From the NCBI GenBank assembly GCA_965652295.1, contig CBFGTS010000015.1:32001-96000 (forward strand): a stretch of 64,000 nt of DNA. The letters are read 5' to 3'. Origin of the DNA: an uncultured Haloferula sp. Lineage in GTDB: Bacteria; Verrucomicrobiota; Verrucomicrobiia; Verrucomicrobiales; Akkermansiaceae. The notes beneath the pieces are model-generated. The model ran no database searches. It had not been told where the DNA came from and saw nothing but the letters and a program-made list of their open reading frames with translations. Positions 10,886-20,848 of the stretch are shown in pieces (the stretch's first letter is position 1; every line of letters starts with the position of its first letter). A program made the position numbers and the translations under genes.

Positions 10886-11611
10886 TCATTGAATCGAGGC
10901 GAGTATCTCAGCGCGGAGTTGCTCGTCGAACGTGAAACGCTCGAAAGCCAACTTGGCATTCGCCATCGCCATGTCTCGATTATACTCGTGAGGAAGCTGG
11001 TCGTCCCAAAAGAAGTGGAAGCCCTTTATAAAGTCATGTCCGAGCGGAGTCTCTCGAAACAATATCGGAATAGCTTTTGCTATACAGGATTCAACGAAGC
11101 GATATGTCCACATCGTCTCCGCCGGACCGGGCCAATCAGCTTGGTGCGGACAAAGCCCAAACCTTGATTGACAAAATTTCTCGTAGTAATTTTTATTGAA
11201 ATGTCCTTTGCTCCAGTTGTTTCTTCCCTGTTTTGATGCAACGACTAAACTATCGGCTCTCGCGGCGTAGGGAGCAAGCATCCTTTGGCGCCCCCCACCG
11301 ACAGGCATGGCACCATTAAAGTAGTATTCCAGAATTTTATCGTCAGGAATCCTCGCTGCTTCATAAAAGAACCTTTTAGGATAGATCAGGCCGACCAAGA
11401 CGCCATTGACGAATCCGGTTCCATTGATGTGATCAATAGTGATCTCAGTCTTGTTGCGAGGCACTCCAATCTCGTCAAGCGCTTGCTGCAGCAGTTTGAA
11501 CTGGAGCATCACAGGTTTTCCGGTAAAAATTGCCTTGACTCGAGATGCGGCAGTTCTTATTTTTTCAAAACCGAAAGGGGACGTGGACTTCATATGGATT
11601 GGCAGTGACAC
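10886..11611 (-). CDS. Exostosin (GT47)-like protein
   Basis: SRFGLCP...WTYRFVESCIAKAIPI resembles the GT47 S.F.L.P.G...R..E....IPV motif. Confidence 0.5.
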   Translation of the reverse strand: MSLPIHMKSTSPFGFEKIRTAASRVKAIFTGKPVMLQFKLLQQALDEIGVPRNKTEITIDHINGTGFVNGVLVGLIYPKRFFYEAARIPDDKILEYYFNGAMPVGGGRQRMLAPYAARADSLVVASKQGRNNWSKGHFNKNYYEKFCQSRFGLCPHQADWPGPAETMWTYRFVESCIAKAIPILFRETPLGHDFIKGFHFFWDDQLPHEYNRDMAMANAKLAFERFTFDEQLRAEILASIQ

Positions 11612-11617
11612 CTGCTA

Positions 11618-12475
11618 TTACTCGATCCCTGGGCTATCAAAACGCTTCCCGATTTCGGGGACAAATCGCATGATTTCATCTGTTCGGTAAGGGATTTTCC
11701 CTATTAAAAGAGAGCCCGAGGCAGTGAACTTCTCCCACCATTGCGTTGCGAACTCTGCTAATGTGATGGCGCAACCTGAACCGATATTCTCGACATGGTA
11801 ACCGGATGGAGGTGGGCCGCATGTCGTCACCTCTAGAAATCGTGCGGCAGCCGCTCCTACGGGCATGTAATCCCTCACTTGCGCGCCTCCGGTCATCGGA
11901 AAATCTTCGCCTGCTAAGGCGGCGCGACGCAAAGCGGGCCAAAAATTCGCCTGATGCTGACCAAGTCCGTATAGGTGGAACGGCCGTAAAAGAGTAAAGG
12001 CCGAAATCGAGCTGCGGGCGAGGGCTTGCATAGCGAGACTGAACGCTGCCTTCGAAGCGGCGTATGGACCGATCGGTTCAAGTGGTGCATCCGGTGGAAT
12101 CCGGTGGTAACGCTCTCCGCCTCTTCCATATTCCAAGCATGAACCGGAGGCAATGATATGCGGCACACCGACGCTCTCTGCGGTGGCGAAGAGACGGAGA
12201 CTCTGACACACGTTCACCTTAAAGGCGAGGTTCCAGTCAGTGGCCTGCGGAGAGACTCCTTGCGCAGCGAAGTGAACGAGAGCGTCACACTTTTCAAGAA
12301 CAGCTGCAGGTACTTCATCAAGAGCGTCTTCGTGCCATTTAGGTTGTCGATCGAGTCTGATGACGGGCCTTGAGCCTGGACGACGCAGCGCAAAGACTTC
12401 GTGCCCGCCCTCCAGTGCGAGCTTCAAAAAATGCGCGCCGATGAAGCCTGTGCCGCCCGTAACAAAAATGCGCAT
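11618..12475 (-). CDS. NAD-dependent epimerase/reductase, probable CDP-3,6-dideoxyhexose 4-reductase
   Basis: TGGTGFIG, YAASK; directly downstream of rfbFGH. Confidence 0.75.
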   Translation of the reverse strand: MRIFVTGGTGFIGAHFLKLALEGGHEVFALRRPGSRPVIRLDRQPKWHEDALDEVPAAVLEKCDALVHFAAQGVSPQATDWNLAFKVNVCQSLRLFATAESVGVPHIIASGSCLEYGRGGERYHRIPPDAPLEPIGPYAASKAAFSLAMQALARSSISAFTLLRPFHLYGLGQHQANFWPALRRAALAGEDFPMTGGAQVRDYMPVGAAAARFLEVTTCGPPPSGYHVENIGSGCAITLAEFATQWWEKFTASGSLLIGKIPYRTDEIMRFVPEIGKRFDSPGIE

Positions 12476-12482
12476 TAGAATT

Positions 12483-14075
12483 TCAGGAGATATTGCGGCT
12501 TGTTTTTGAAGCAACAAACTCGCGGATGACGTTGACCATATAATGGATCATTTCCTCAGTGAGGCCCGGATAGGTTCCGAGGAACATGGTTTGGTTCATG
12601 ATGCGGTCGGCACCTTTGAGGTCACCGGCAATGCGCATGGCTTCTGGGTTGTCGTGGCGGAGGCGGACGAAGGCGGGTTGGCGGACGAGATTGCCCCCGA
12701 AAAGCATTCGGTTACCTATTTTCCTCTCGTCAAGGTGGGCGGCCAGTTCGGTACGGGTGAAGGGGGCATCCTCTTTGATGGTGATCTTGAAACCGAACCA
12801 GGAGCACGAAGTACGACAGCCGCTATCGTCCCAAGTGAAGTCCGACGAGATGGCTGATCGTTGATCGTGGATTGCGGATTCCGAAGGGGGGGTCCAAGCG
12901 GTCGCGTGGGTGGGAAGGGCGAAGTCGATGTAATTCTCAAGTCCATGCAGGCCACGACGAAGGCGCTCCCAGTTCACCTTACGGGCCTCGATGAAGGCGG
13001 GGAGACGCTTGATTTGGACGCGGCCGATCGCGGCCTGCGGATCGAGCGGCTTGAGGTTGTAGCCAAGATGCGAATAGATATATTTGTGATCGTACCCCTG
13101 TGGGAGCTCGCCTAGCTTCCATTGGAAACGTTTGCCACAGGTATCGTCCTTGCCGGACGGGCACCAGCAATCACGGCCCCAATCGCGGAAGGACTCGGCG
13201 TAGGTTTTGAGCGGGGCTCGGCGGATGATGTTGACCGAGCCGCCTTCGCCCATGGTGAGGTGGTGGGGAGGATAGAAACTTTGAGTGGAGAGGTCGCCGA
13301 AGGCTCCTGTCGGAGCAGTCAGTAGTTTCAAGTTTTCTGTTTTCTGCTCTGAGATCTTGATGATCGGATGTTCGCCTTTTTCGGCAATCTTGATCAGGTG
13401 GTCGAGGCCCAGAGCCTTGGCCTTTTCCAGAGGAAGGGTGTAGGTGCAGCCGAGGGCGTCACAGTTATCTTCGACCAGCCACAGGTCGTGTTTTTGGCAG
13501 AACTCGAGGACGGTTGAGAGATCGAAGGGATTACCCAACGCATGAGCCATCATGACCGCCTTGGTTTTGCCGGGTGCAAAGGCGGCTTCCAGCAGCGAGC
13601 AATCGGCGTTACCCGTGAGGGGGTTAGCGTCGATGAACACAGGGACGGCCCCAGCCTGAATAATAGGCGCGACAGTGGTCGGGAAGCCGGCAGCAACGGT
13701 GATGACTTCGTCTCCGGGACGGATGCGTTTGTGCTCGGGAAGCTTGTGAGTGGTGAGCGCCGAGAAGGCCACGAGGTTAGCCGATGAACCCGAATTCACT
13801 AGGAGGCAGTGCCTCACTCCCATGAACTCGGCGAGTTCCTTCTCCATCGCCCCGCCCTCCGGACCAAGTGTGAGCCAAAAGTCGAGAGTGGAGGATACGG
13901 CGGCCTCGACCTCGTCCTCATCGAACACCCGGCCAGCATAGGGCACGGTAGTTTCACCCGGGGTAAAGATGGCGTGGGCGGGATCGTCGCCGGGCCGATT
14001 GGCGCTGTGGGCCAAGCGGGAGTATTCGCGGGTGAGACGGAGAATTTCGGCTTTGAGCTCGGATGGGGAAGGCAT
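12483..14075 (-). CDS. rfbH: CDP-4-keto-6-deoxyglucose 3-dehydrase (E1)
   Basis: VNSGSSANL, SFYPPHHLTMGEGG (His replacing the PLP lysine), RDCWC..G.DDTC Fe-S motif, YDHKYIYSHLGYNLK. Confidence 0.93.
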   Translation of the reverse strand: MPSPSELKAEILRLTREYSRLAHSANRPGDDPAHAIFTPGETTVPYAGRVFDEDEVEAAVSSTLDFWLTLGPEGGAMEKELAEFMGVRHCLLVNSGSSANLVAFSALTTHKLPEHKRIRPGDEVITVAAGFPTTVAPIIQAGAVPVFIDANPLTGNADCSLLEAAFAPGKTKAVMMAHALGNPFDLSTVLEFCQKHDLWLVEDNCDALGCTYTLPLEKAKALGLDHLIKIAEKGEHPIIKISEQKTENLKLLTAPTGAFGDLSTQSFYPPHHLTMGEGGSVNIIRRAPLKTYAESFRDWGRDCWCPSGKDDTCGKRFQWKLGELPQGYDHKYIYSHLGYNLKPLDPQAAIGRVQIKRLPAFIEARKVNWERLRRGLHGLENYIDFALPTHATAWTPPSESAIHDQRSAISSDFTWDDSGCRTSCSWFGFKITIKEDAPFTRTELAAHLDERKIGNRMLFGGNLVRQPAFVRLRHDNPEAMRIAGDLKGADRIMNQTMFLGTYPGLTEEMIHYMVNVIREFVASKTSRNIS

Positions 14076-14134
14076 GGAAAGTTTGTTGGATTTCAGTTTT
14101 CAGTTTCCAGCATTGAAACTGAAAAGGACGCAGT

Positions 14135-15223
14135 TCAATCGAAGGCCCAAGGGAGGGATTTGGCGGCGGCGGATTGTTGATAGGCCGCGATTTGGCGGCG
14201 GGTGAATTCGGCAGGATCTTTTCCGGCCCCTTCGTGGAGATACCATTCGGCGGTCTTCTTCAGCGTTTCGTCGAAGTTCCAAACCGGCTGCCATTGGAGC
14301 AGGTGGAAGGCCTTATCGGTAGCGAGGTTAAGTTTTGAAGCCTCGTGGACGGCGTGGGGATCAGAGGCATCGATCCACTCGCCGCCGGTGTGGCTGATGA
14401 GGCCCGCAACCAGCTCGGCCACCGTGCGGTTGTTTGTTAGTGCAGGGCCGAAGTTGAAAGCGGAATCGTAGCCCTCGGCTGCCGCGAGCGAGGCCCCGAG
14501 CAGCAGGTAGCCGGATAGAGGCTCCAGCACATGCTGCCAAGGCCGGGTTGCGATCTTGTTGCGCACCGGAATCGTTTCGCTGGCACGCAGAGCACGAATG
14601 CAGTCGGGCACGATTCGGTCCTTCGCCCAATCCCCCCCGCCCACGACATTTCCGGCGCGGGCTGAAGCGAGGCGTATCCCGCTTGAGGGGCCGAAGAACG
14701 ACCGGCGATAGGAGGAGATGACCAGCTCGGCCGCGCCCTTGCTCGCCGAATAGGGATCGTGCCCGCCCATCGCATCCTCCTCCCGATAGGCGTGGAGCCA
14801 TTCGCGGTTCTCGTAACACTTGTCGGTAGTGATGCTGACCACGGCGCAAGGCCGGCTGGCTACTCTCACGGCCTCAAGAACGTGAGCAGTGCCCATGACA
14901 TTGGCGGCGAACGTTTCCACCGGAATCTCATAAGAGAGGCGGACCAAGGGCTGGGCCGCCAGATGCAGCACGACATCCGGCCGGGCACGGTCCAGCGCAG
15001 CGGAAAGCCCTGGGCGGTCGGAAAGGTCGGCGCGGGTATCGGAGGCCATGCGGCCAGCGAGGCCGAGCTGCTCGTAGAGCCGTTCGTGCGGCTGGGGATC
15101 GAGCGCGTAGCCATGCACCTCGGCACCCAGGGCGAGCAGCCATTCGGCCAGCCAAGCACCTTTAAAGCCGGTGTGACCGGTGAGAAAGACGCGCTTGCCG
15201 CGGTAGAAATCTCGGAAGGCCAT
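14135..15223 (-). CDS. rfbG: CDP-glucose 4,6-dehydratase
   Basis: TGHTGFKGAWL, HLAAQPLVRLSY, DPYSASK, RPWQHVLEPL. Confidence 0.95.
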   Translation of the reverse strand: MAFRDFYRGKRVFLTGHTGFKGAWLAEWLLALGAEVHGYALDPQPHERLYEQLGLAGRMASDTRADLSDRPGLSAALDRARPDVVLHLAAQPLVRLSYEIPVETFAANVMGTAHVLEAVRVASRPCAVVSITTDKCYENREWLHAYREEDAMGGHDPYSASKGAAELVISSYRRSFFGPSSGIRLASARAGNVVGGGDWAKDRIVPDCIRALRASETIPVRNKIATRPWQHVLEPLSGYLLLGASLAAAEGYDSAFNFGPALTNNRTVAELVAGLISHTGGEWIDASDPHAVHEASKLNLATDKAFHLLQWQPVWNFDETLKKTAEWYLHEGAGKDPAEFTRRQIAAYQQSAAAKSLPWAFD

Positions 15224-15240
15224 GGGTGTGAAATTCCGAA

Positions 15241-16008
15241 TTACCAAGTTTTCCAAGGAGCCCGTCCGGCGTCCCACAGCGACTCCAGCTCCAGCTTGTC
15301 GCGAAGTGTGTCCATCGGCCGCCAGAAGCCGCGGTGACGGAAGATTCCCAGTTGGTTGCGGGCCGCCAGCTTCTCCAGCGGTTCCCGCTCCCAGACCGTG
15401 GGATCGCCCTCGATGACGTCTATGACGGACGGCTCCAGCACAAAGAAGCCGCCGTTGATCCAGGCACCGTCACCCTGCGGCTTCTCTTGGAAAGCCGTGA
15501 CCCGGTCTTCCTCCAGCATCAGCGCCCCGAAGCGGCCCGGTGGCTGAACGCCGGTGAGTGTCGCCTCTAAGCCGGAGCGCTGGTGAAAAGCTACTAGCTC
15601 GCTGATATTGACATCGCCAACTCCGTCGCCATAGGTGCAGCAAAAGGAGGAATTGCCCACGTAGTCGCGGACCCGTTTGATCCGGCCGCCGGTCATGGTC
15701 TCATCGCCCGTGTCCACGACCGTGACACGCCAGGGTTCCGCTTTCTTCTGGTGAACCTCCATCTGGTTTGATGCCATGTCGAAGGTGACATCTGACATGT
15801 GTAAAAAGTAATTAGCGAAGTATTCCTTGATGACATATCCCTTATAGCCAGCACAAATGACGAAGTCATTGATTCCGTGGGAACTATAAATTTTCAGAAT
15901 ATGCCACAAAATCGGACGTCCTCCGATCTCCACCATGGGCTTGGGTTTCAGGGCGGTTTCTTCTGAGAGACGGGTGCCGAGCCCGCCAGCAAGAATGACT
16001 GCTTTCAT
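15241..16008 (-). CDS. rfbF: Glucose-1-phosphate cytidylyltransferase
   Basis: [36 protein letters not shown]. Confidence 0.95.
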   Translation of the reverse strand: MKAVILAGGLGTRLSEETALKPKPMVEIGGRPILWHILKIYSSHGINDFVICAGYKGYVIKEYFANYFLHMSDVTFDMASNQMEVHQKKAEPWRVTVVDTGDETMTGGRIKRVRDYVGNSSFCCTYGDGVGDVNISELVAFHQRSGLEATLTGVQPPGRFGALMLEEDRVTAFQEKPQGDGAWINGGFFVLEPSVIDVIEGDPTVWEREPLEKLAARNQLGIFRHRGFWRPMDTLRDKLELESLWDAGRAPWKTW

Positions 16009-16228
16009 CTGAGAGCGTTGGGAATCAGTGTTAATCTCATGACTATGGATGTTGTTTTGAATGGCCGGGGAGACAACTAGAATGGGAGAAACCGCCTAAA
16101 AATCGGGGAATTGTGGCTAACGTCCATTTTTCTCCCTCAAACCATCCTCCGAACGAGGAACGAGCGAGGCCAGCGCGACTATCTGCATATTATCGATCAT
16201 GAAAGGAGGGCTTCAGGGAATTTTTTAT

Positions 16229-18109
16229 CTAGTCCGCTTTGGAACCCAATGAATGCAAGAGTTGACGCCAGCGCAATCCAAAGGCGTGAAGAGTATATTC
16301 TCCTGCATACCGCCTGCGGTTGAACAAGCCCTTGCCTCTCCGGGCTTCGCTCTTCAGCCGAATGATTCGATCCATCGCTTCAGCCAAAGCCCGGGCGTCA
16401 TCGGCTACCACCAATTCGCCGCCGTCCGGCACGATGAGGGCATCGGAGACGGCACCAACATTAGTGGCGACAATCGGCAGGCCGCAGGCCATCGCTTCTA
16501 GCACCGCGAGTGGAAATTGCTCGGTCCAGGAAGGCAGAACGAAGAGGTCGGCACGCAGGAGGCAACTTGATTTTTCCTCACCCCAGATCGGTCCATTCCA
16601 TTGGATGCGGTCGGGAAATCCGGAAGCGGAGAAGGCTTCGCGGACACCCTCTTCGCTCTCTCCTACCCCCACCCCACCGCGGAACTCGAACTCGATGTTA
16701 GGGTGGACTTCGCAGAGGGTTCGCGCTGCCTCAAGCAGATTGCGCCAACCCTTCTCCCGATCCATAGCAGAGATGTAGAGAATTCGAAGTCGTCGGGCTG
16801 GATCTTCCTCCCGGTAAGATGAAGTCTCCGGCGCAGGATCGTGAATGGCATTGGCAATAGCTACGCAGGGGCGGCGGGAGATCCAATCCGGCCATTGCTC
16901 GACCAGAGCTGGAGCGCAAGCAACGAAGGGGTCGATCTGCTCCAAGGTGAGCGCCACCCATTTCCGGAACCAGCCCGGCCTTTCCTCCAGTTTCAACCGG
17001 GCGGGATCCATGTGGACCCACGCGGCAACCCTTACGCCGAAAACGCGGGCCAACCAGACAAAGAGCGAGTCCTTGAGAAACGGCCCGGGATGGAAGGCGG
17101 GCTGCAACAAGAGAATGTCGGGACGGAAGCGGATCAGCTCCACGGTCATTCGCAGAAGATACCACGGAGCCTTTACCAGTTTCCCGAGGTTCATGCCGGT
17201 GAGAGCCTCGCGCGTGGTCGCATAGGCAGTATTGATCGGGCGGTAACCAATGTCATCCCAGCCTGCCGCACATTCCCGTAGCAAACAGGCCATCATGGCT
17301 TCGCCATGAAGAGGCGGATCGAAATGAGTAAGATGTAGGACTTTGCAAGCGGCCGTTCCTGCAGTGGGGCGCAAGGAAACTTCATCGCTCCACAAAGTTT
17401 TGACAGGATGGATCGCCCAAGCTCCTTGGTCGATCATCCTGGAACGGGGCCTGGGGCCGAGAGGCTCGGTGCGGATGAAAGCGTCTTGATCGCCCATCCC
17501 CCTGACGCGGAAACCGAGGTGGTGGGCGACCGTGGGGAGGTGGACCTCAAGGTAGGCGGGATGGGGTTCTCCCTTTTCCAGTACCGCTTCGAGGGCTGCC
17601 CTCCGCCACCACTGGCCGCAGCCCATGCAGCTCAGCACCACCTCCGAGTCCTTTCTGCAGGAAATGCTTCGCACCCAGTTCCGCCATGCAGTGAGATGGC
17701 CATGGCTGGCGTAATGGGGGTGCAGGGTGTCGTCGATGCGCCAGGCCCGGTGGCCGAGAAGATCCGCGTCCTCGACGGTGGACCTCGCCTTGAGGCGGGC
17801 GAAGAGGTCGGGCACCACGGGCTCGATATCGAATTCGGCGAGATAGAGATGCTCCCACGCCTCTCCCTTCAAGGCTTCACAGGCCTTCCGCAGCACTTCA
17901 GTGTAGCTTTGCTTTTCCCGGGGATGGTCTTTCGTCCGAAGCCGGGGGTCCTGGATCAGGACGCGGTTTCCTTCAATCCGCTCGATTTCCTCCGGGGGCC
18001 CTCCGTAGGCCACCACGACCTGGTCGGGCGAGGTCAGGGTTTTCCACCTCTCCACCATCCGGTTCACGGCCTCGGCGGGCTGGTGCGTCAACAGAAGCAG
18101 GGCCGTCAT
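16229..18109 (-). CDS. Two-domain protein: unknown (possibly GT-A-like) N-terminal domain fused to GT4 glycosyltransferase
   Basis: C-terminal LPSWTEQFPLAVLEAMACGLPIVAT; N-terminal about 245 aa unassigned; start taken at MTALLL. Confidence 0.78.
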   Translation of the reverse strand: MTALLLLTHQPAEAVNRMVERWKTLTSPDQVVVAYGGPPEEIERIEGNRVLIQDPRLRTKDHPREKQSYTEVLRKACEALKGEAWEHLYLAEFDIEPVVPDLFARLKARSTVEDADLLGHRAWRIDDTLHPHYASHGHLTAWRNWVRSISCRKDSEVVLSCMGCGQWWRRAALEAVLEKGEPHPAYLEVHLPTVAHHLGFRVRGMGDQDAFIRTEPLGPRPRSRMIDQGAWAIHPVKTLWSDEVSLRPTAGTAACKVLHLTHFDPPLHGEAMMACLLRECAAGWDDIGYRPINTAYATTREALTGMNLGKLVKAPWYLLRMTVELIRFRPDILLLQPAFHPGPFLKDSLFVWLARVFGVRVAAWVHMDPARLKLEERPGWFRKWVALTLEQIDPFVACAPALVEQWPDWISRRPCVAIANAIHDPAPETSSYREEDPARRLRILYISAMDREKGWRNLLEAARTLCEVHPNIEFEFRGGVGVGESEEGVREAFSASGFPDRIQWNGPIWGEEKSSCLLRADLFVLPSWTEQFPLAVLEAMACGLPIVATNVGAVSDALIVPDGGELVVADDARALAEAMDRIIRLKSEARRGKGLFNRRRYAGEYTLHAFGLRWRQLLHSLGSKAD

Positions 18110-18384
18110 GTGCGGGGACCGGTCTCGGATTGTTCCGAATCCACCCGGAGGTAATCGGGCTCGCGAGCAGCGGTGAAGCCGAGGGTCACCCGCCAGTAGC
18201 CGAGCTTTTCCCGCGGGACCGCCACCGGGCGGAGGGGGACCTCTCCGGTGAATCCGAGCAGGTGGACGCGGCCTCCCCAAGCGACGACGAAAGCCCGGCC
18301 GAGGACAGCTCCGCTTTCAACATCGCGGATCGTCATCCCGAAGCGTCTGGACAGGTGGCGAAGCCATGTTCCCGGAGTGGACAT
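18106..18384 (-). CDS. Small hypothetical protein (92 aa)
   Basis: Fills the operon gap; stop overlaps the next start (ATGA coupling). Confidence 0.6.
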   Translation of the reverse strand: MSTPGTWLRHLSRRFGMTIRDVESGAVLGRAFVVAWGGRVHLLGFTGEVPLRPVAVPREKLGYWRVTLGFTAAREPDYLRVDSEQSETGPRT

Positions 18385-18400
18385 GAGGAAAGATGATGAA

Positions 18401-19156
18401 TCAGCCGCGCCGACGCAGCTCCCACTTGTCATGACGGTGGGAGATGGGCAGGGAGTTTTCTGCGGCGAAGCGCTCGACGGCGAGGCGCACGCCATCCCAG
18501 CTCCAGTCATCGCCGAAGAGGACCCCACCGGGACGAACGAGATCCCACCAGGCGACGAGGTCGGCATAGACGTCCTCCTCCTCATGGCTGCCGTCGATGT
18601 AGATGAGGTCGGATTTCACGCCGTGGATCGCGCACCATTGGGCGGCGGTGATGGAGGGGACCGGAAAGGGCGTGATCCTGGCCTGGTGGCCGGCGCGGGC
18701 GACGTTGGCGAGGAAGGTGTAGTAGAGCGTGGGGTAGCCGTGACGCAGGTTCAGCGAACCGTGGCGGGTGGGGTCGTCGAGGTTCTGCCACATCTCCAGT
18801 GCACCGAGCCAGGTATCGACGCAGACGATTTCCGCATCGAGGCCGAGCCGTTCGAAGTGACCGGCCAGCGTGAGCGCGGAACCGCCTTTCCAAGTGCCGA
18901 CCTCGATGATCCGCTGGGGCCGGAGTTCTTCGACCAGCTCGCCGAAGGCCGGGGAGTCGGAGCCCCAACCGGAGGCGTCGTCGGGCCAAACGGAGGGATC
19001 GAAATCGGCGTAGGGATCGACCTTGTGAAGCATGGGGCGGACCCGCCCGGAGTGGTCGCCCGCCACGTCGAAACGCTTCGCGCCCCGGAGCCGGCGAAGG
19101 CTGAAGCCGCACCGGTAGGCAAGGGCTTTGAGGAGGCTCTGGAGGTGTTTTTTCAC
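18401..19156 (-). CDS. Class I SAM-dependent methyltransferase (Methyltransf_24-like)
   Basis: IIEVGTWKGGS, CVDTW, IYIDGSH, PGGVLFGDD; start uncertain. Confidence 0.85.
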   Translation of the reverse strand: MKKHLQSLLKALAYRCGFSLRRLRGAKRFDVAGDHSGRVRPMLHKVDPYADFDPSVWPDDASGWGSDSPAFGELVEELRPQRIIEVGTWKGGSALTLAGHFERLGLDAEIVCVDTWLGALEMWQNLDDPTRHGSLNLRHGYPTLYYTFLANVARAGHQARITPFPVPSITAAQWCAIHGVKSDLIYIDGSHEEEDVYADLVAWWDLVRPGGVLFGDDWSWDGVRLAVERFAAENSLPISHRHDKWELRRRG

Positions 19157-19460
19157 GAAGGTGGCGCTGTGGACGGGAGGATGATCCGGGAAACCGCGAA
19201 TGGACACGAATCTGCGCGAATAGGAACCAGGAACCGGCCAGCGGGAATGGTGTTCGTTCGCCTGTTGGCGGTCATGCCGCGCCCCGTTCGCGGTTTCGCG
19301 TTCCTTTCAAGGGCTTGGGAGAGGAGCGAGCTTCGGGGAACTCGAAGGGACTGGGGATGAGGGGCGTGGTGCGAGGAGCCCTATCCGGCGGTCGATGCCC
19401 GCCGCTCCTTTGGGGCGCGAGCTATCTATCGAAGAGGAGAGGGCATCGGGGGCGAGGCGG

Positions 19461-19484
19461 TGCCGATTTCATAATCGGCGCTCC
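19461..19484. repeat. REP-like palindrome, copy 1
   Basis: TGCCGATTTCATAATCGGCGCTCC, identical to 26967-26990. Confidence 0.75.
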
Positions 19485-19485
19485 T

Positions 19486-20730
19486 TCAGATGATCATGCC
19501 GGCGGCGACGGTCTCGTTGGTCCCGGGGTCGATGAGGATGAAGGAGCCGGTGTGGCGGTTCTTGCGGTAGCTGTCGTGGATCACCGGGCTGGCGGTGCGC
19601 AGGCTGATGCGGCCGATGTCGTTCATCGCGAAGCCGTCGATGCCCTCGATCTTGTGCAGGGTGTTGATATCGACGTGGTATTTCACCTCGCGCACGACGG
19701 CCTGCATGTCGCGGGTGGTGTGGCGGAGGGTGAGCTTGGCGCGGTGACCCATCGGCTTGTTGGAAAACCAGCAGATCATCGCCTCGATGTCCTGCTCGAC
19801 CTTGGGCGGGTTGTTGGCCTTCACGATCATGTCGCCACGCGAGATGTCGATCTCGTCGTTCAGGGTGATCGTGACGCTCTGGGGCGCGAAGGCTTCCTCC
19901 AGAGTGCCGTCGGCGGTGTGGATGGCCTTGATGGACGACTTGAAGCCGCTCGGCAGGGCGACGACCTCATCGCCGGGCTTGAAGACACCGCCGGCGACCC
20001 GACCGGCAAAGCCGCGGAAGTCGTGCCACTCGTCGCTCTGCGGACGGATGACCCACTGCACGGGGAAGCGGGCGTCGACGTGGTTTTCCTCGCCCCCGAC
20101 ATAGACGTGCTCCAGATGGTAAAGAAGCGAGGGACCCTGGAACCAGGGCATCTTGTCGGACTTGTCGACGACGTTGTCGCCGTTGAGAGCGGAGATCGGG
20201 ATCGGCGTGATATCGACGATGTTGTCGAGGCGCGAGGCGAAGTCCTGGTAGTCCTTGACGATCCGGTTGTAGGTTTCCTCGTCGTAATCCACGAGGTCCA
20301 TCTTGTTGATGGCGACGACCACGTGCTGGATGCGCAGCAGGTTGGCGATGAAGCTGTGCCGCTTGGTTTGCTCGATGACGCCCTTGCGCGCATCGACGAG
20401 GATAATGGCGAGGTTGGCGGTCGAGGCCCCGGTCACCATGTTGCGGGTGTACTGGATGTGCCCCGGGGTGTCGGCGATGATGAACTTCCGCTTCGGTGTG
20501 GCGAAGTAGCGGTAGGCGACGTCGATGGTGATACCCTGTTCGCGCTCGGCCTTGAGCCCATCGGTCAGCAGCGCGAGGTTGACGTGTTCATCGCCCCGGC
20601 GGCGCGAGCTTTCCTCGACGGCCTCGAGCTGGTCCTCGAAGATCGACTTGGAATCGTAGAGAAGACGGCCGATGAGGGTGGATTTGCCGTCGTCAACCGA
20701 GCCGGCAGTGGTGAAGCGGAGTAAATCCAT
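19486..20730 (-). CDS. cysN: Sulfate adenylyltransferase subunit 1
   Basis: GSVDDGKSTLIGRLL, EREQGITIDVAYRYF, DTPGHIQYTRNM. Confidence 0.96.
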   Translation of the reverse strand: MDLLRFTTAGSVDDGKSTLIGRLLYDSKSIFEDQLEAVEESSRRRGDEHVNLALLTDGLKAEREQGITIDVAYRYFATPKRKFIIADTPGHIQYTRNMVTGASTANLAIILVDARKGVIEQTKRHSFIANLLRIQHVVVAINKMDLVDYDEETYNRIVKDYQDFASRLDNIVDITPIPISALNGDNVVDKSDKMPWFQGPSLLYHLEHVYVGGEENHVDARFPVQWVIRPQSDEWHDFRGFAGRVAGGVFKPGDEVVALPSGFKSSIKAIHTADGTLEEAFAPQSVTITLNDEIDISRGDMIVKANNPPKVEQDIEAMICWFSNKPMGHRAKLTLRHTTRDMQAVVREVKYHVDINTLHKIEGIDGFAMNDIGRISLRTASPVIHDSYRKNRHTGSFILIDPGTNETVAAGMII

Positions 20731-20732
20731 GA

Positions 20733-20838
20733 AAGTTTGCTAGTTTTCAGTGTTCAGTTTTCAGCAAAGAAGGTCGGAGTCGTCGAATCAGTGGCTCGTT
20801 CTGCATTCTGAAAACTGAACACTGAAAACTAACAAACT
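20733..20838. repeat. Inverted repeat built of 7-nt units (31-bp arms)
   Basis: Arms 20734-20764 and 20808-20838, one mismatch. Confidence 0.85.
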
Positions 20839-20848
20839 CCCGAAGGGG

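Noticed and set aside
20733..20838. CRISPR array
   Set aside because: The repeats are inverted and heptameric, with no spacer series and no cas genes.
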